Assembly (NCBI GenBank): GCA_040753085.1
Contig: JBFMHI010000002.1
Span: 4,087 to 68,086, forward strand
DNA from: a bacterium
GTDB taxonomy: Bacteria > UBA9089 > JASEGY01
DNA length: 64,000 bases
Reading direction: 5' to 3'
This document shows positions 63,842 through 64,000 of the stretch, piece by piece. A program made the translations under genes and the position numbers. Below the pieces are notes generated by a model. It was not told the DNA's origin. It saw nothing but the letters and a program-made list of their open reading frames with translations, and did no database searches. Within the stretch, counting starts at the first letter, position 1. Every line of letters starts with the position of its first letter.

Positions 63842-64000
63842 TATCTACTTATAGAGAGAAGCGAGCTATTTGCTATATGCCACTTATCTGGCATCCGCAT
63901 CACTTGCTCTGCTACCCTATCTGCCTCCTGTTCGTAAGTATCATTTAGTTTGCCGATTTTCAGTTTTGCATGAATAACTCCCGCTTTGAACAATCTTTGC
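63842..64000 (-). CDS. partial ORF running off the window end, with a DUF4157-like motif (YEQEADRVAEQVMRM)
   Basis: Minus-strand translation ...QRLFKAGVIHAKLKIGKLNDTYEQEADRVAEQVMRMPDKWHIANSSLLSISR*; my recollection of the motif family is tentative. Confidence 0.25.

Overview
This window comes from a roughly 45% GC bacterial chromosome, probably a metagenome-derived genome. From 14.4 to 50.4 kb it carries almost the whole ribosomal-protein and transcription super-cluster on the plus strand: rpmG, tRNA-Trp, secE, nusG, rplKAJL, rpoBC, rpsLG, fusA, the S10 operon, the spc operon including secY, adk, map, infA and rpmJ, then the alpha operon through rplQ. Upstream (1 to 14 kb) are a peptide-binding ABC lipoprotein, an AAA+ ATPase, a SWIM zinc-finger gene, a sigma-54 activator, a hybrid histidine kinase, a GGDEF diguanylate cyclase, three pseudopilin-like genes and a TolB-like beta-propeller protein. 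Downstream (51 to 64 kb) are recO, ABC transporter genes, a VapBC-like module, thpR, cinA/pncC, rodZ, nadK and a fused nucleotidyltransferase-HEPN gene. The most unusual property is a very dense population of small hairpin-forming, non-autonomous mobile elements (MITE-like) filling the intergenic spacers of the ribosomal cluster. They fall into several families built from tandem 7-nt units arranged as inverted arrays: CATCGAG, CTGAAGG, GTGTCTT/CACGAAG, ATTCGCG, AATCCGA and GAAACTC. Most share terminal inverted repeats of the form GTAAC..TTCAG and/or CGACCTGT. Many copies are flanked by perfect 8-bp direct duplications; three adjacent ones at 50696-51302 are inserted side by side, evidence that they transpose. 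The conserved cluster also carries several apparently foreign insertions. These are a tandem-repeat coiled-coil protein with a restriction-endonuclease-like C-terminus between rpoC and rpsL, a GC-rich orphan ORF between rpsG and fusA, a secreted protein between rplK and rplA, and a small membrane protein between infA and rpmJ. tuf is absent after fusA. Gene-fragment remnants of an Rpn-family nuclease and of uvrA sit next to repeat arrays. No CRISPR array, rRNA or complete autonomous transposon was seen.
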